Positions 1 through 12,810 of a DNA stretch of 64,000 bases are shown in pieces. Location: contig CM052832.1 of NCBI GenBank assembly GCA_028534125.1, forward strand, positions 8,434,001-8,498,000, read 5' to 3'. The notes beneath the pieces were generated by a model. That model made no database searches, was not told the origin of the DNA, and saw nothing but the letters and a program-made list of their open reading frames with translations. Position 1 is the stretch's first letter, and each line of letters opens with the position of its first letter. Made by a program: the position numbers and the translations under genes. The stretch comes from Lama glama (Eukaryota).

Positions 1-1639
1 TGTATAGCATGTGAATTACATCTCAAGAAAGCTGCTTTTAAAAAAGAAAAAGCAGGCTGGATAGAACCACATGCTCCTTTGGGAGGCAGGAAGCAGGTAC
101 TCGGCGAGGGCCCGCCTTAGAGAACAGAGGATGATACTGTGTTCCTCCAAGACAGGGCGGCAGACTGGTGGGCTCACTCCTTGGCACCATGGCCTACTAA
201 GTGCCATGGTGCTGTGTCAGGGGCTGGGAGGCTGAGATGCCCTCAAGGTGCCCACAGTGCCTGGATGAGTCCAACATGAGCAGAGCCAAGGAGAAAGTAC
301 ACAGAGTGTGGTGGTGGAAGCCTGGGGATGCTGCCCTGCCCCATCTCACAGTCGTCAACTGGAGGGGGTTGATCTCTCGATCTGAGATAGACTCACCCGT
401 GGACTCAGAGCTGCGGTCAACAGACACTTGGGCTGTGACCAGGGGATGAGGCACAGCAAGGTAGGGTGCTCCCTAGCCTAACTGGGATAGTTATAGGATG
501 TGCCCCATCATGGAAGAGGTCAGAGAGTCCTGAAGCCACCACCCCCGATCCTCAAGCCACTTCCATTAGACCTCGACAGGGGACCCCCAAGAACATTTAT
601 GGAGTCCTCATTGTGTACACAGTTTCAACCTACATGTGGTTTCTTTGTTTTCTTGAGTAAATGCCCCCCACTCCCAAAACACTATGGGTCCTGCTTTTCT
701 GGTAAAGTGATGCTACTGATGACAGGTTGGTGGAGAGAGGCCTGGTGGGCTTGGGGACCAGGCAAGGCATCAGTTTGGGCCACAGAACACCTCCAAATGG
801 ACAAACCACAGTTGGAAGAGTACCAAGCGTCAAATTTATCTCTTGAATCAACAGTAGGAGTCTTTGGGAACACACCCCAGACCAACCTGTAATGTCAGGT
901 GTTCAGCATGTCCTCAGGCATCAGGCTGTCCTTACCACCACCCAGAATTAATCACAGCCTTCCTCTTTGCCCCCACAGAGCCACAACCCTGCTCCCCCCA
1001 TCTATGCCACTCCACCCTGCTCTGGGTTCATCAGGCAAACTGAGGCAGCCTGGGGGAGGGAGGGTCCTAAACAGAGTCCTGGGAACTAGCCCCCCTGGCT
1101 CTGTCCCCAACCTGCTGTGTGACTGCCCTCTGGGCTCTGTCTCCTCATCTGTGAATGCTGCCTGGCACAGAGTAAGGGCTCAGTAACTGTTAACTGTTTG
1201 TATTATTATGACTGTGAGGTAGGAGTGCTCAGTGGTCTCCAAGGTCCCTTCCAGCTCTGGCTGGAGTTCCGCCCACCCTATCATACTTGTCTGCATTTCT
1301 AATTATGCACAATTGTTGCAGTTATTTGTAACCTGGGCATCTCAAATCTGGATGACTCCTTGACCTTGGACCTCCTTGACTTATCCTTTCCTACAACATC
1401 CGATGCAAGGCTTACGCCCATAGAGCCCTTCCCAGCACCTCTGAGGGTTGGGGCATGGGGGGTCCTCACAAGTCTTTCCTCCTGAAGCCCTCTGCCATGT
1501 GGTGATCTGCTCCAAAGCTTCACTAGGCCTACGTCTATGTGGCAGGCTTTCGTGAAGGTTCACGGGTACGGTGGAAAATTACAGCACAGAGCAGGAAGCA
1601 GCTTCAACACTGAGGTGAAACAATGGGAGTCTGGGTAAA

Positions 1640-1990
1640 TAAACCTCAGTACACACACAATGTAATACTGTGCAGGTGAAAAAAAAAAAGTGAAAGCTCC
1701 TGCTGTCCAAGGAACGATCACTAAGTAAATATCAAGCTGGGAGCAGGATACTGTGAATGAAGCAGGATATTGGGAAAGAAAGGAGGAGCTAGGGAAGGGA
1801 CCATATATTTCTATACATTTGCTGTTTGTGCACAGAGTATCTCTGGGAAGCCACATGAGATACTGGTGGGTCACCTTAGTGGCTGGGAGTGGGGGCAACG
1901 GGGACTTTTCATTGTTAACACCTTTGTACACTTAAAATTTTGAAATATGCACATACGTTACCTACTAACAAAAAAATATATAAAAACATT
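1640..1990 (+). mobile_element. Old L1 (L1ME/MC-like) 3' fragment
   Basis: Degenerate L1M 3'-UTR-like text (tctctgggaag...tttgtacacttaaaattttgaa) ending in an A-rich tail. Confidence 0.5.
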
Positions 1991-2654
1991 TTAAATCAAG
2001 ATGAGACTTCATTCTGCCTAGAGATTTCTCTGCTGGTCCTCACCCACTGGCCCTCTTTATAGGGCCCTACCGATACCCCTCTCTGCCCAGCTGCCTCTGA
2101 GATGCCAGCTTCCTCAACATCTTATAATATGCAAAACTCTCTCTCTTGACCTCATCTTCACCTCTTCAGGACATGCCTGTCTCACCCAAAGGGCGCATTG
2201 CTCTGTTTTCCCCACAAAAGAACCACTTCCTCAAGATGAAACATAGTACATTCCTAGAAAGCAGAAAAAGTGGCAGCAGCTTCAGTATTAAATGGCCCTT
2301 TCGTTTTTCTGCCGGGTCTGTTTCCGCCCCAGCCTCCCATCTGGACTGTGAGTTTCTTGAGGGCAGAAACCCATCTTATTCATCCTTTATCTCCGGCCTC
2401 GTGGGTGTTTGCCATGCACACCACGTCCTGTGTCCAGGGGACTCAGCATCCTAACGTCAGGAACTCCAATTTATCACATCTGTCCCTCCCTCAGTGCCTA
2501 GCACAGGAGGGCTCAGACCTCACACAAAGAGGACAGCCAGGAAATGTTTGTCATGTGGAATTGGGGTTTGCTGAGGTTAAGAGTGTGGATGTGGAAAGAC
2601 AGACAGGGAGGGTGGAACATCAGCCAGACCTGGAGCAGGAAGGCAGCTGCTGTG

Positions 2655-2910
2655 TAATCATAACAGCTCATGTTAATCGAGCCTTTTGCTACATGCCAGG
2701 TGCTCCTCTAAACACTTCCATGTGTTAACTCATTTAATCTTCACAATAACCTTACCAACCACCAACCACCCTATTATTCCCATGGTACAGATAAGGAAAC
2801 TGAGGCACAAAGCAATGAAGGAACTTGCCCAACATCATAGCTAACAAGGGGCAAAGCTGGGATTTGAACCCAGTCTGAACCCAGAGTATATGTTCCCAAC
2901 TACTTAAATT
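2655..2910 (-). mobile_element. MIR SINE
   Basis: MIR core: tcatttaatcttcacaataacc...acagataaggaaactgaggcaca...ggatttgaacccag. Confidence 0.8.
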
Positions 2911-5900
2911 GTCTCGCATGACCACAATATAAAGCATATGCTCTCCAGAGACAGGCTGGTCTGGTCACCGCATAAATGAGATGGAAGGGCTCAACCCAGC
3001 CAGAGCCTGGAGTGAGAGGTAGGGGAAAGGCCTTACAGAATCTCCCTCTGCAGAGATTTTTCCAGGACAGGGAGGGCCACCCTCAGTCTAGGCCTGCTTG
3101 GAAGCAGCGTGCGGGACAAGATCACCTTCCAAGGTCTTCATCATCTTCTGATTCACACCTGAGCTGAGAGCCCTAAGGGCAGAGTCTATGGTTGGGGGTC
3201 CCTCACTGTGTACAGTTTGGACCAATGCCAGAGGTTAAACGTACAGAGCAACACAGATCCTAAAGAGAGACAACTGTCGATCTGACCCCAAATCCCTGCC
3301 TAGCAGGCAGGAGACGAGAAGCCTGGGCCTTCCAGCTCCCAGACTGCCAACCCCAGGTCAGAGCGGCCTGACCCCCTCCCCCACCACCCGTGCTCCCAAG
3401 TGTACTAGCGTGAACATCCCAGCTCAGGCACGTGTGCCCCACATCCCCCCAAGGTGGGACAATCCTCAGCTCTTCCCCCACCCCAGGAAACCCATTCATT
3501 CACTCATTCTCCCACAGCTTCTCACTAAGGTTGCTATGCTAGAAGCCCCACATTAGGCACCAGGGATGCAGGTCCACCTAGAAGTTACCATCCAGTGGAG
3601 AAAAGTAGCACCTGAACAAAGAAACACATACTAAAGGTCCTTATTGGTTAGACAGGAAAGGGAATCTGTGAGCCCGATGGATGCAGGAGTCAGTCAAGGC
3701 TTCTTAAAGGAGTTAATGTGTGAGCTGAACCTTGGGAAAAAAAAAAAAATGAGGTCAGGGGGAGCAGAGGAGGGGATGAGCTTTCCAGGCAGCGCTGAGG
3801 CCATCTCATTTGTGTGGCTGCCAGGCCAGCCTCTCTCCAGAGAGCATATGCTTTATATTGTGGGAGACTGCTGGCCAGCTGGGAAGGGTGGGTCGTCTGG
3901 GGTGACTGGCATGTGGAGCCCAAGAGTAACAGCCACAGGCAAGACAGAGAGGGGAGGGGAGCAGAGGGCTGTGAGCCACATGGGCCCTTGCAGGGTCCTG
4001 GGTTTATGCTGCAGAAGACCGAGAACCACGGAGGGGCAGTAAGCAAGGGCGTGACATGGTCTTCTTTCTGGCTTTGAAAGACCATTCTGGCGGGGAAAAG
4101 AAGGATCTGCAGGGAGGGAACCCTGAGCGTTGGCAGTCAGCCTCATGGTCTGCGGACCCCTCCTGGCCTTCACACCTCCTGCCCCTGTCGACATGTGTTT
4201 GAACCACGTTTGACCCACAGGCATGTTAAGGGAAGAGAAAGAAAGAGGACCCACACATGGCTGGTCTGGACACTGTCCTAGGCCCCAAGGTGGGTAATGC
4301 CAGGTCCAGCTGGTCCCCACTGCTATCGACTGTAACTCTAGTAGGGGCTCAGAGAAGAGCAAAGAGAGCCTTTCATGGGGGAGGAGAGACTGGACAATAG
4401 GTTTGAGATTTTAAGATGACAGCAAACCATTATTGAGTGCTTAGCACATGCTGGGCACTGTCTCAAGGCTTTATACATATTAATCCTATGAAGTAGGTTC
4501 TATTATTGTCCTCATTTTACAGAATGAAGCCAGTAAAGTCCCACAGTGTCTACCATGGGGATTCAAATCCAGAGTCTGACTCCTTTTGTTTATACAATAA
4601 ATACTTAGTGAGCACTTACTATGTGCCGGGCACTGTCTGGGCACTTAGGACACAAAGGTGGATTAACAGCAAATTTACAGATAGAACATGTATGCTGTGC
4701 TACCTCCCTAGGGTGGGATGAACAGAAATGACGGTCAGTCCTCCTGCCTGGAGAGGATGCTCACTGCTCCAGGGCATTACTGGCTCACCTGCCAAAGTGC
4801 AAGAACAGCCCCTCTGCTAAGAAGCTGGTGGCATCTGGGGCTCGTGACCCACACTCTGACAGCCAGGCTACTGGACCAAGGTCCCAGGGCTCACACCCTG
4901 CGGCACCCTCACCACTGGGAAGAGTGCCCCTCCCACAGCCTCTGTGGGCTGAGCTCAGACTCTTGGCAGCCACTGCGGAGAGGTTGGGAGTGAGAAGGGT
5001 GAAGGACAGTCTGCTAGGCAGACGTCACAGGAGAAACAGTGGAGACTCAGTTTCTCCCTCCCTAGCCTGTTCCTGACCCTGCAGCTCAGGGGGCCTCTCC
5101 CAGACCTGGGGACCAGGGTATGTAGGCAGAGGGAAATGGCAGGACACTGGGGTAACTGGGCTGCTCTCCTGCTTGGGTGGTCAACGACTACCTCTGCAGC
5201 AGTGACTCAGCGGCAGCCACTAAAGTCAGCACGAGGCAGAGAGGGCTTTGGTGTTGCAATCTTGCGCCAGCTGCTCCAGGCAGGTGGGCTGAAGGCCAGG
5301 TCAGCCTCAAGGGTGTAGACTAGGGTAGGCGTGTGTATTGGAGGGATCTTTGGGGGTTTTCTTGAATTCATAGGCCAAGGGCAAGAAAGACATTATCTGA
5401 GTTTATATTCCTGCAGCAGGCTCTAAAGAGCCCCTGCCATGCCCTTCTCCCAACCAGTTTCTTTCTTCCTTGCCTCTCCCCAAGAACCTCCCTGAAATGC
5501 TGTCTCCTCCAGGAAGCCTTCCCAAACTGACAGGAGATAATGCTCCTCTTCACCTCTGATTCACATGCTAATGCATACACTGACTCAAGTCTTCTCCAGT
5601 GTTTTCCTCAAACTGTCATCAAAGTTAGGGATTACAACAGGCCCATGCCTCCTAACACAATGGTCAAAGTTTTTTCAGTATCTTATCTTTCAGCTTCAAA
5701 TATGTGTGAGCTTTGCATTTGACTACAGGATATATCCATACATACCTGTTATTATAGTTTTTAAATGTCTTAAGTTACTTGCCAGGTGAATCATAATTTT
5801 TCTCCTAATAGTTTCAAGGAAATTGATGCTCCAAGAAGATGCCTCATGTTTAACCTGTAACTTTGTAAACTGCCTGCAACTTCAGCATGAGCATCATGCA

Positions 5901-6125
5901 CGCCTCCATTGGAGGACCAATGAGGCAATAAACTTCAACTGGAAAGACACTAAGAGCTTCTTGCTGGTCCAGAGACACTGAGCGCTGCAGTCCTTAGCAA
6001 CAGACAGGTAGGGGGTCAGCTGGAGCCCCCTCTGTGGTCACCTCTGGTAACAGAGTGCTGTTCAAATATTATCCTCTTTTATGGGTGCCATGCTATGACC
6101 ATGGTTAGGAAGCACTTATCTAGAA

Positions 6126-6301
6126 CAGTGGTTCTCAAACTTGCCTGTAAATTAGAATCCCTTGAGGATCTTTTAAAAATCCTGATGCTCAGGTCACAAC
6201 CTATACTAATTAAGTCAGCATCTCTGAGGATGAAATCCAGTCAAGGGTCGTTTTTAAGGCTCCCACTAAAGATTTCAAAGTGCAGCTGAGTTTGAGAACC
6301 A
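6126..6301. mobile_element. MER5-family hAT-Charlie MITE
   Basis: Inverted ends cagtggttctcaaact ... agtttgagaacca. Confidence 0.8.
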
Positions 6302-7739
6302 GGGATCTGGGCCAACCCCTTTATAATGCAGGTGGAGATGCTGAGACTCGGGGAAGAGAAGTGGTTGCCCAAGGTCACGCAGCATGGCAGTGGCTGGACC
6401 CAAGTCTTCTAGTGCCCAAGGCAAGCCTCCTTTGGCTATGCCCCCGCCCCCAACCCCCATGTTGCTGTAGAAACCGAGCTGGCCAACAGCTACTCCCACT
6501 TGGGGTTTTTGGCGCAAGGCTGTCTCAGAGGAGGAGATCCAGGACAGGCTGACAGAGTCCCCTTACTATAACGTGCCCCCACCAAGCAGCCCCTGAAGCT
6601 GGCAGCCCCTTAGGGCAGTGCCCAACCGAGGAATTCTCCAGGCCCGGACACCACTCTGGATTTAACAGGAGCTCAGGGAGACTAGGGGGACGGGTGGGGC
6701 TTGTGGCAGGGACACCAAAAGGAGATGTGCTAAGGCCACAGGCGAAAGAACTAGGGGCAGGGACGGATGATGACTTGCCTGACCCCACCCTGTGGCGCCC
6801 CAGTACTCCCCACTCCCTCCATTTCCCACCCTCCCAATGACGTACTGACCCCTGCCGTCCACCTTGTTGCCCTCACCCCTGATGGGAGGTGACAGAGATG
6901 CTGGCAGCCTGCGGACTGTCAGCAACTGTTTTCATTCTGGGGTCTGGCTGGGCTTGATAGGTCCCTGCAGGGCCCCGCAAGGTCCTATATCCAGGTCATC
7001 CTGTCTGAGAGGTCCACACACACTAAACAGAACCTCTGGAGGCAGAGGAGGCATCCCAGGGGTCTGATCCACTGGACTTGGGGCATTCATGGCCCTTGGG
7101 CAGGTAGGTGGAGTTGTAGAAGACAAAGAGGCTGAATGAGGGGGTAGTCAACCCTTCTGTCCCCTTCCTCCTCTGTCTTCTAACCCAGGGCTTCTCAACT
7201 CTGCGAGCAGAGAGAAACTCGTGAGGAGTTTTTTGTTTTGTTTTGTTTTTTAAGTGCTGATACCTAGGCTCCAGCCCCTAGGATGTTCAATTTAGCTGCT
7301 GGATCTAATTCTGGGAGGCTGGGGAATCATCTGCTTTCAAAGTTCCACATGTGATTCCAACATGAAGCCTGACAGAGTCATGCAGACAGGAGGATGGATT
7401 CTGTAACCAGGCAGAGGGTCAGGGAAAGGGTCTGCCCTTTCTGGGGGTGCAGGGGAAGTAATATACCCCGAGCCTCCCTCTTCCAGTCCATCATCAACAC
7501 CGTGCAGTAAAAAGTCACGGCTGGAGCATGCGCACATGCTGGTCCTGGCTCTCCCCTTTCCTTGCCTTGGGCAAATTACTTGGCTTCTCAGAGCCTCAAT
7601 TTGTTTATCCATAAAATGGAGAGAATAATTGCCACCCGAGAGGTACTTGTGATCATTAAGTGATTACATCTGCACAGTCCTGAGCACATAGTAAGCAATC
7701 AATAAGAGGTAGCCTTTTATTATAAAAAATAAAAGCCAA

Positions 7740-8260
7740 TATGTACACCCATGTTCACAGCAGTATTATTAACAGTAGCTAAAACGTGGAAGCAATCCAA
7801 GTGTCTGTCCAGCGACAGAAGAAAAGCTAAGCAAAATGTGGTCTATACATAAAATGGAGTATCATTTGGCCTTAAAAAGGAAGTTCTAGAATATGCTATA
7901 ATATGGATGAACCTTGAGGACATTATGCTAAGTGAAATAAGCCAGTCACAAAAAAGACAAATACTGTATGATTCCTCTTACATACTCTTACATGGAGTAT
8001 GTCAAAATACTTGGTGTAGTCAAAACCTGAGAGACAGAAAGTATAATGGTGGTTGCCAGGGGCCAAGGAGAGAGGGGAATGGGCAGTTAGTGCTTAATGG
8101 GTACAGAGTTCCAGCTTTACAAGATGAACAGAGTCCTGGAGATGGACGGTGGCGAAAGCTGCACATTATGAAAGCATTTTACACAGCTGAGCTGTACACT
8201 TGAAAATGGTTAGGATGATCAGTTTTATATTAGGCATATTTTACCAGAATTTTTAAAATG
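7740..8260 (+). mobile_element. L1M (L1MA/MB-like) 3' end
   Basis: atggatgaaccttgaggacattatgctaagtgaaataagccagtcacaaaa...gtacacttgaaaatggttag. Confidence 0.85.
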
Positions 8261-9479
8261 TGGAAGAAGTAAAACCACAGCCAGAATTGGTGCTACAGCT
8301 GACCCGGGCCTGAGCAAGGCTGTTTCCAGGGAAGGATGGATACACGGCCCAGCCTTCAGGCCTCTCCTTCTGAGACGACACAGGGAGACAGATGCACAAT
8401 GAATGAACTCAGGATTTACACTGCTAATAAACAGGAAATAATAGATGGGTTTAAATATTTACATGGTATGCAGGCTTCAGGGTGAAGACATTACTGGGGA
8501 GGACAGAGAGGATGAGGGGGAAGAGGGAGCGGGAGACATAAGGAGAATGTAAACCCTAGTAGAAAATGGTGGGGGGGGTGAGGCTGCTCAAATATGCGTT
8601 TCAGGAGCATCCAGGAGGAGGGGTACCCCTGTCCAGGCCCCAGGAAGTGTGCTAGAGCCTGGGCCATGCAGCCCTTCCTTCCACGGGAGATCCTTGTTTA
8701 CCCTGCGAGGCTGGAAGAGAATGTAATCAAATTATGACTCGTTGTTCTAAATTACCATCTCCAGTGGGGAAGGCAGGCAGGCAGGCAGGGAGCCTGGAAA
8801 GGGGAAACAAGATGTTTTCCAGGACGCTGTTTGTTTGTTCGTTCTCCAGCTCCCTCTGTCCCCAAGCCCTTTCCTCCCTTTCTGCCTTCCCTATCCTGGC
8901 CTCTCCCTCCCTCTTTCCTGAGCTCTGCTCCCTCCCCCCACAAGCTCCTGGGGCAGATGGGAGTGGGGGTGCAAAGCAGGCACCACTTAGTCTCAACAGG
9001 CGACCATGAGTAGGACCACAGGAATATTCAGGTAACTGGGACTACCTGACCAACCGTAAAGAATTTTTCCAGCCCCTCCCTCCTCCCAGCCAAAGAGAGC
9101 AAATACAATCCCTGTATTTCTAGACATCAGGTCACTTGACTGACTAGGACTCTGTCTCTAACTTGCTGTGTCACTTTGGGCAAGTCGCTTGCCCTCTCTG
9201 GAGCTGGGAGGTCATTCCAGAAAGAGGAACCCCCTCTGCCTGCCCCTTCTCACCTCCCAGGACTGCTGTGAGAACAAGGGAGGAGTCCACCAATCAGTGA
9301 CCCTCAGATCTGGGAGCCTGGAGGACTGCGGAAGCTGGCATGCACAGGCCTGCAGGGGCTGGGGCAGCTGGGGGTGTGGAATGGCCCCCACAGAGATCCC
9401 AGGATCCACCTGACCTGGAAGCTGGGAGCTAGATGCCCCCCTAAAAGCATCCCACCCATCCCCTGGCCTCCACTCAAGC

Positions 9480-9979
9480 NNNNNNNNNNNNNNNNNNNNN
9501 NNNNNNNNNNNNNNNNNNNNNNNNNNNNNNNNNNNNNNNNNNNNNNNNNNNNNNNNNNNNNNNNNNNNNNNNNNNNNNNNNNNNNNNNNNNNNNNNNNNN
9601 NNNNNNNNNNNNNNNNNNNNNNNNNNNNNNNNNNNNNNNNNNNNNNNNNNNNNNNNNNNNNNNNNNNNNNNNNNNNNNNNNNNNNNNNNNNNNNNNNNNN
9701 NNNNNNNNNNNNNNNNNNNNNNNNNNNNNNNNNNNNNNNNNNNNNNNNNNNNNNNNNNNNNNNNNNNNNNNNNNNNNNNNNNNNNNNNNNNNNNNNNNNN
9801 NNNNNNNNNNNNNNNNNNNNNNNNNNNNNNNNNNNNNNNNNNNNNNNNNNNNNNNNNNNNNNNNNNNNNNNNNNNNNNNNNNNNNNNNNNNNNNNNNNNN
9901 NNNNNNNNNNNNNNNNNNNNNNNNNNNNNNNNNNNNNNNNNNNNNNNNNNNNNNNNNNNNNNNNNNNNNNNNNNNNNNN
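9480..9979. other. Assembly gap (500 N)
   Basis: Run of N; 9281-9479 is repeated identically at 9980-10178. Confidence 0.99.
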
Positions 9980-10481
9980 AGGAGTCCACCAATCAGTGAC
10001 CCTCAGATCTGGGAGCCTGGAGGACTGCGGAAGCTGGCATGCACAGGCCTGCAGGGGCTGGGGCAGCTGGGGGTGTGGAATGGCCCCCACAGAGATCCCA
10101 GGATCCACCTGACCTGGAAGCTGGGAGCTAGATGCCCCCCTAAAAGCATCCCACCCATCCCCTGGCCTCCACTCAAGCCCCATGCGGTTTCTCAGAGAGG
10201 AGGGTAGTAGGGACATAGGTCCCTCTGAAAGGTCAGATGCGCTAGAAAGCGGAAAGCAAACAAGGCCTTCTCCCTCTCCCTGTATTTGCTGCACCTTCCA
10301 AAACCCACAGGACTGAGCAGAGAGGTGGCTCCACTTCCTCCCCTGGGTTCTCACACCCCAAGGCCTGGTAGCTTGTGTTGATAAATACAACCAAAAATCT
10401 TCTCAGGGGTCAAAAGGAAACTGTGAGCAAAGGGGAAAGGTGACATTTTTCCAAGCATGACAGATCTCGCTCTCTCTTCCT

Positions 10482-10505
10482 CACACACACACACACACAC
10501 ACACA
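10482..10505. repeat. (CA)n microsatellite
   Basis: About 12 CA units. Confidence 0.9.
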
Positions 10506-11889
10506 TGTGTACACATGAGCTGTGCATAGAGCACATACCACACGGTCATGAGACTCATGTCACTGATAAAATCTAGTTTACATTCTTTTATTGTTAATAC
10601 CCTTAACTTTAATCAATTCACCCAGAAACTGTCAGATCCAAAGTGCACCCAGAGGCTGCCACAAGTCAGGAAGGACAGCACTGAGGGCGTGCTGGCACAG
10701 CCCTTTCCTGACCCTACAGTCTTCTCACTGCTCACAGCACCTTCCAACCCCCACCCACCCACCTCCACCCAAAGGCAGGCTTCCTGAGGGGCCTGCAGTG
10801 GCTTCTGTAGGGACAGCAGAGCCAGCATGAAGGAAAAGAGGAGGAAGCTTAGCTTCCCTGGCTCCCAGTCTCTCCCCTAACCCTGGCCCCAGGTCGGAGG
10901 TGCAAAGGATGTACTTCAGCTCTAAAGTGATGGAGCCATCAAGTCAGAGATGACCTCAGAGACTCACACCCAACCTTTCACTCTTCAGATGAGGTCACCG
11001 GAGTCCAGAGCAGCCCAAGGACATGCCCCAGGTCACACGGCCAGGATCGTCCCGGCGTCAGAGCTCCCTAGGGGAAGCTGGGACATCTCACTGAGACCCC
11101 ACTGCAGCCTGACCCTCCTTCTGCCTGATCCTCCTTCCCCTTTAGCAGACCCCAGTCCTAAGAGCACTGCCTAGAACATTCACTGTGTGCTAACCTCTGC
11201 CCCCGAGTCCACTTCTCAGGAACTAAATCTGTGGCATACTCCGAACACAGGGTGTGAGTTTCCACTGTACTGAGAATGGAAACTTGCACCTTACTTAGGG
11301 AAATAAACTTACCCAAAGGAAGATAAAAAATAAACAGCTCCACGGGGCACATGGAAGATGAAGAGGACATGGCCCTTGTCCCTGGCAGAAGTGGGAAGGG
11401 AAAGCAAATCCACCAGCTGACAGTCAAGCTATTGAATGAAGGCTCTGCAAGAGCAAGACGGCAACTGGCAGAGATGCCTGTAAAGTCCTGCGTTGGGGTC
11501 AGTCTGCCAGAGGAGCAGATCAGAGTGTGAGCACTTTGACACCACGGCATCCACATGAAGATGAGTGTGAGGTTAGTGTACAAGTCCACTGGGCCAGGCA
11601 CATTCTCTCTCAATCTGGGGACCTTAAAAGATGTAAGGTGTTGATATGGGGGTGCTAAGAGCCCAGTTATATCCTGTACTAGTTTGGACCAAAACAGTGT
11701 GTTTTGGGTGCCAGTGTTATTTTCCAATAATTTCAATGCCATAGTGTAGAAGAGAGTCAGAGGGCACAGCAAGGACCAGCAGGCATAAGTCACAGAGGGG
11801 CAGATGTGGGCTGTCCAAGAATGGAGCAGGCCATCTTGCAAAGCACTGTGTTGCCATCAGTGGGAAATATCCCCTAAAAGAGCCTCGTG

Positions 11890-12810
11890 GATTAGGGTCA
11901 TGGTGCAGGCTGCTAACTCCTTTGACATCCATTCTCTCCTTTTTCCTTAGTGGTAACAGCATTTCTTTTTTTTTCTTAAATTAAAGTACAGTCAGTTACA
12001 TGTCAATTTCTGGTGTACAGCACAATGTCCCAGTTATGCATATGCATACACATATTTATTTTCATATTCTTTTTCATTAAAAGTTATTTCAAGATATTGA
12101 ACATAGTTCCCTGTGCTATACAGAAGAAACTTTTTTAAAATCTATTTTTATACATAGTGGCTAACATCTGTAAATCTCAAACTCCCAAATTTATCTCTTT
12201 CCACCCCTTTTCCCCAGCAACCATAAGATTGTTTACTACATCTGCGAGTCTGTTTCTGTTTTGTAGATGAGTTTATAGTGTCCTTTTTTTTTTTCGATTC
12301 CACATATGAATAATATCATAAGGTATTTTTCTTTCTCCTTCTGGCTTACTTCAGTTAGAATGACGATCTTTAGGTCCACCCATGTTGCTGCAAATGGCAT
12401 TATTTCTTTTTTCTGGCTGAGTAGTATTCCATTGCATAAATATAATTAGTAGTAACAGCATTTCTGATTCTTAGTTGTACACGTGGCTGCCCAAAATTAA
12501 GACACTTCCCCGAAGCTCTTACTGCTAGTTATAGCTATATAACTCAGTCCTGGAAATATATGGGATATAAGCTAAAGTACACACAACTTCCAGAAGGTAG
12601 TTTTCAAGGATGGCAGGTTAGGCCATTCTTTCTTTCTCCTTTCTTCTCCCTAGATTATATGGGCAGAATGGCTGGAGCTCAAGCCATCAGGTGGCAGAGC
12701 AACATGCTAGAAGGAGCCTGGGTTTCAGAGTCCTTTGCCATCTTATTTAAGTTACTGCTATTTGGAGTTTTCTGTCATGTGTAGATGACTCAACTCCTAA
12801 TTAACCCAGC
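11890..12810. mobile_element. Old ERVL/MaLR-type LTR (LTR16/MLT1-like) split by the L1
   Basis: catccattctctcc...acacttcccc..gctcttactgctagttatagc..atggctggagctcaagccatc...gttttctgtcatgtgtag pattern; family not resolved. Confidence 0.5.
11967..12445 (-). mobile_element. 5'-truncated lineage-specific L1 3' end with 20-bp TSD, inserted in an old LTR
   Basis: T-rich tail at left, L1 3' UTR text (ctggtgtacagc...gttccctgtgctatacag...catgttgctgcaaatggcatta); TSD TTAGT(G/A)GTAACAGCATTTCT at 11947-11966 and 12446-12465. Confidence 0.85.

Noticed and set aside
9212..10390. 392-, 277- and 172-aa ORFs
   Set aside because: They exist only because N runs contain no stop codons; the repeated peptide reflects the duplicated contig overlap.
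11158..11841. 227-aa minus-strand ORF
   Set aside because: TTG start, no domain features or splice structure, crosses repeat-like sequence.
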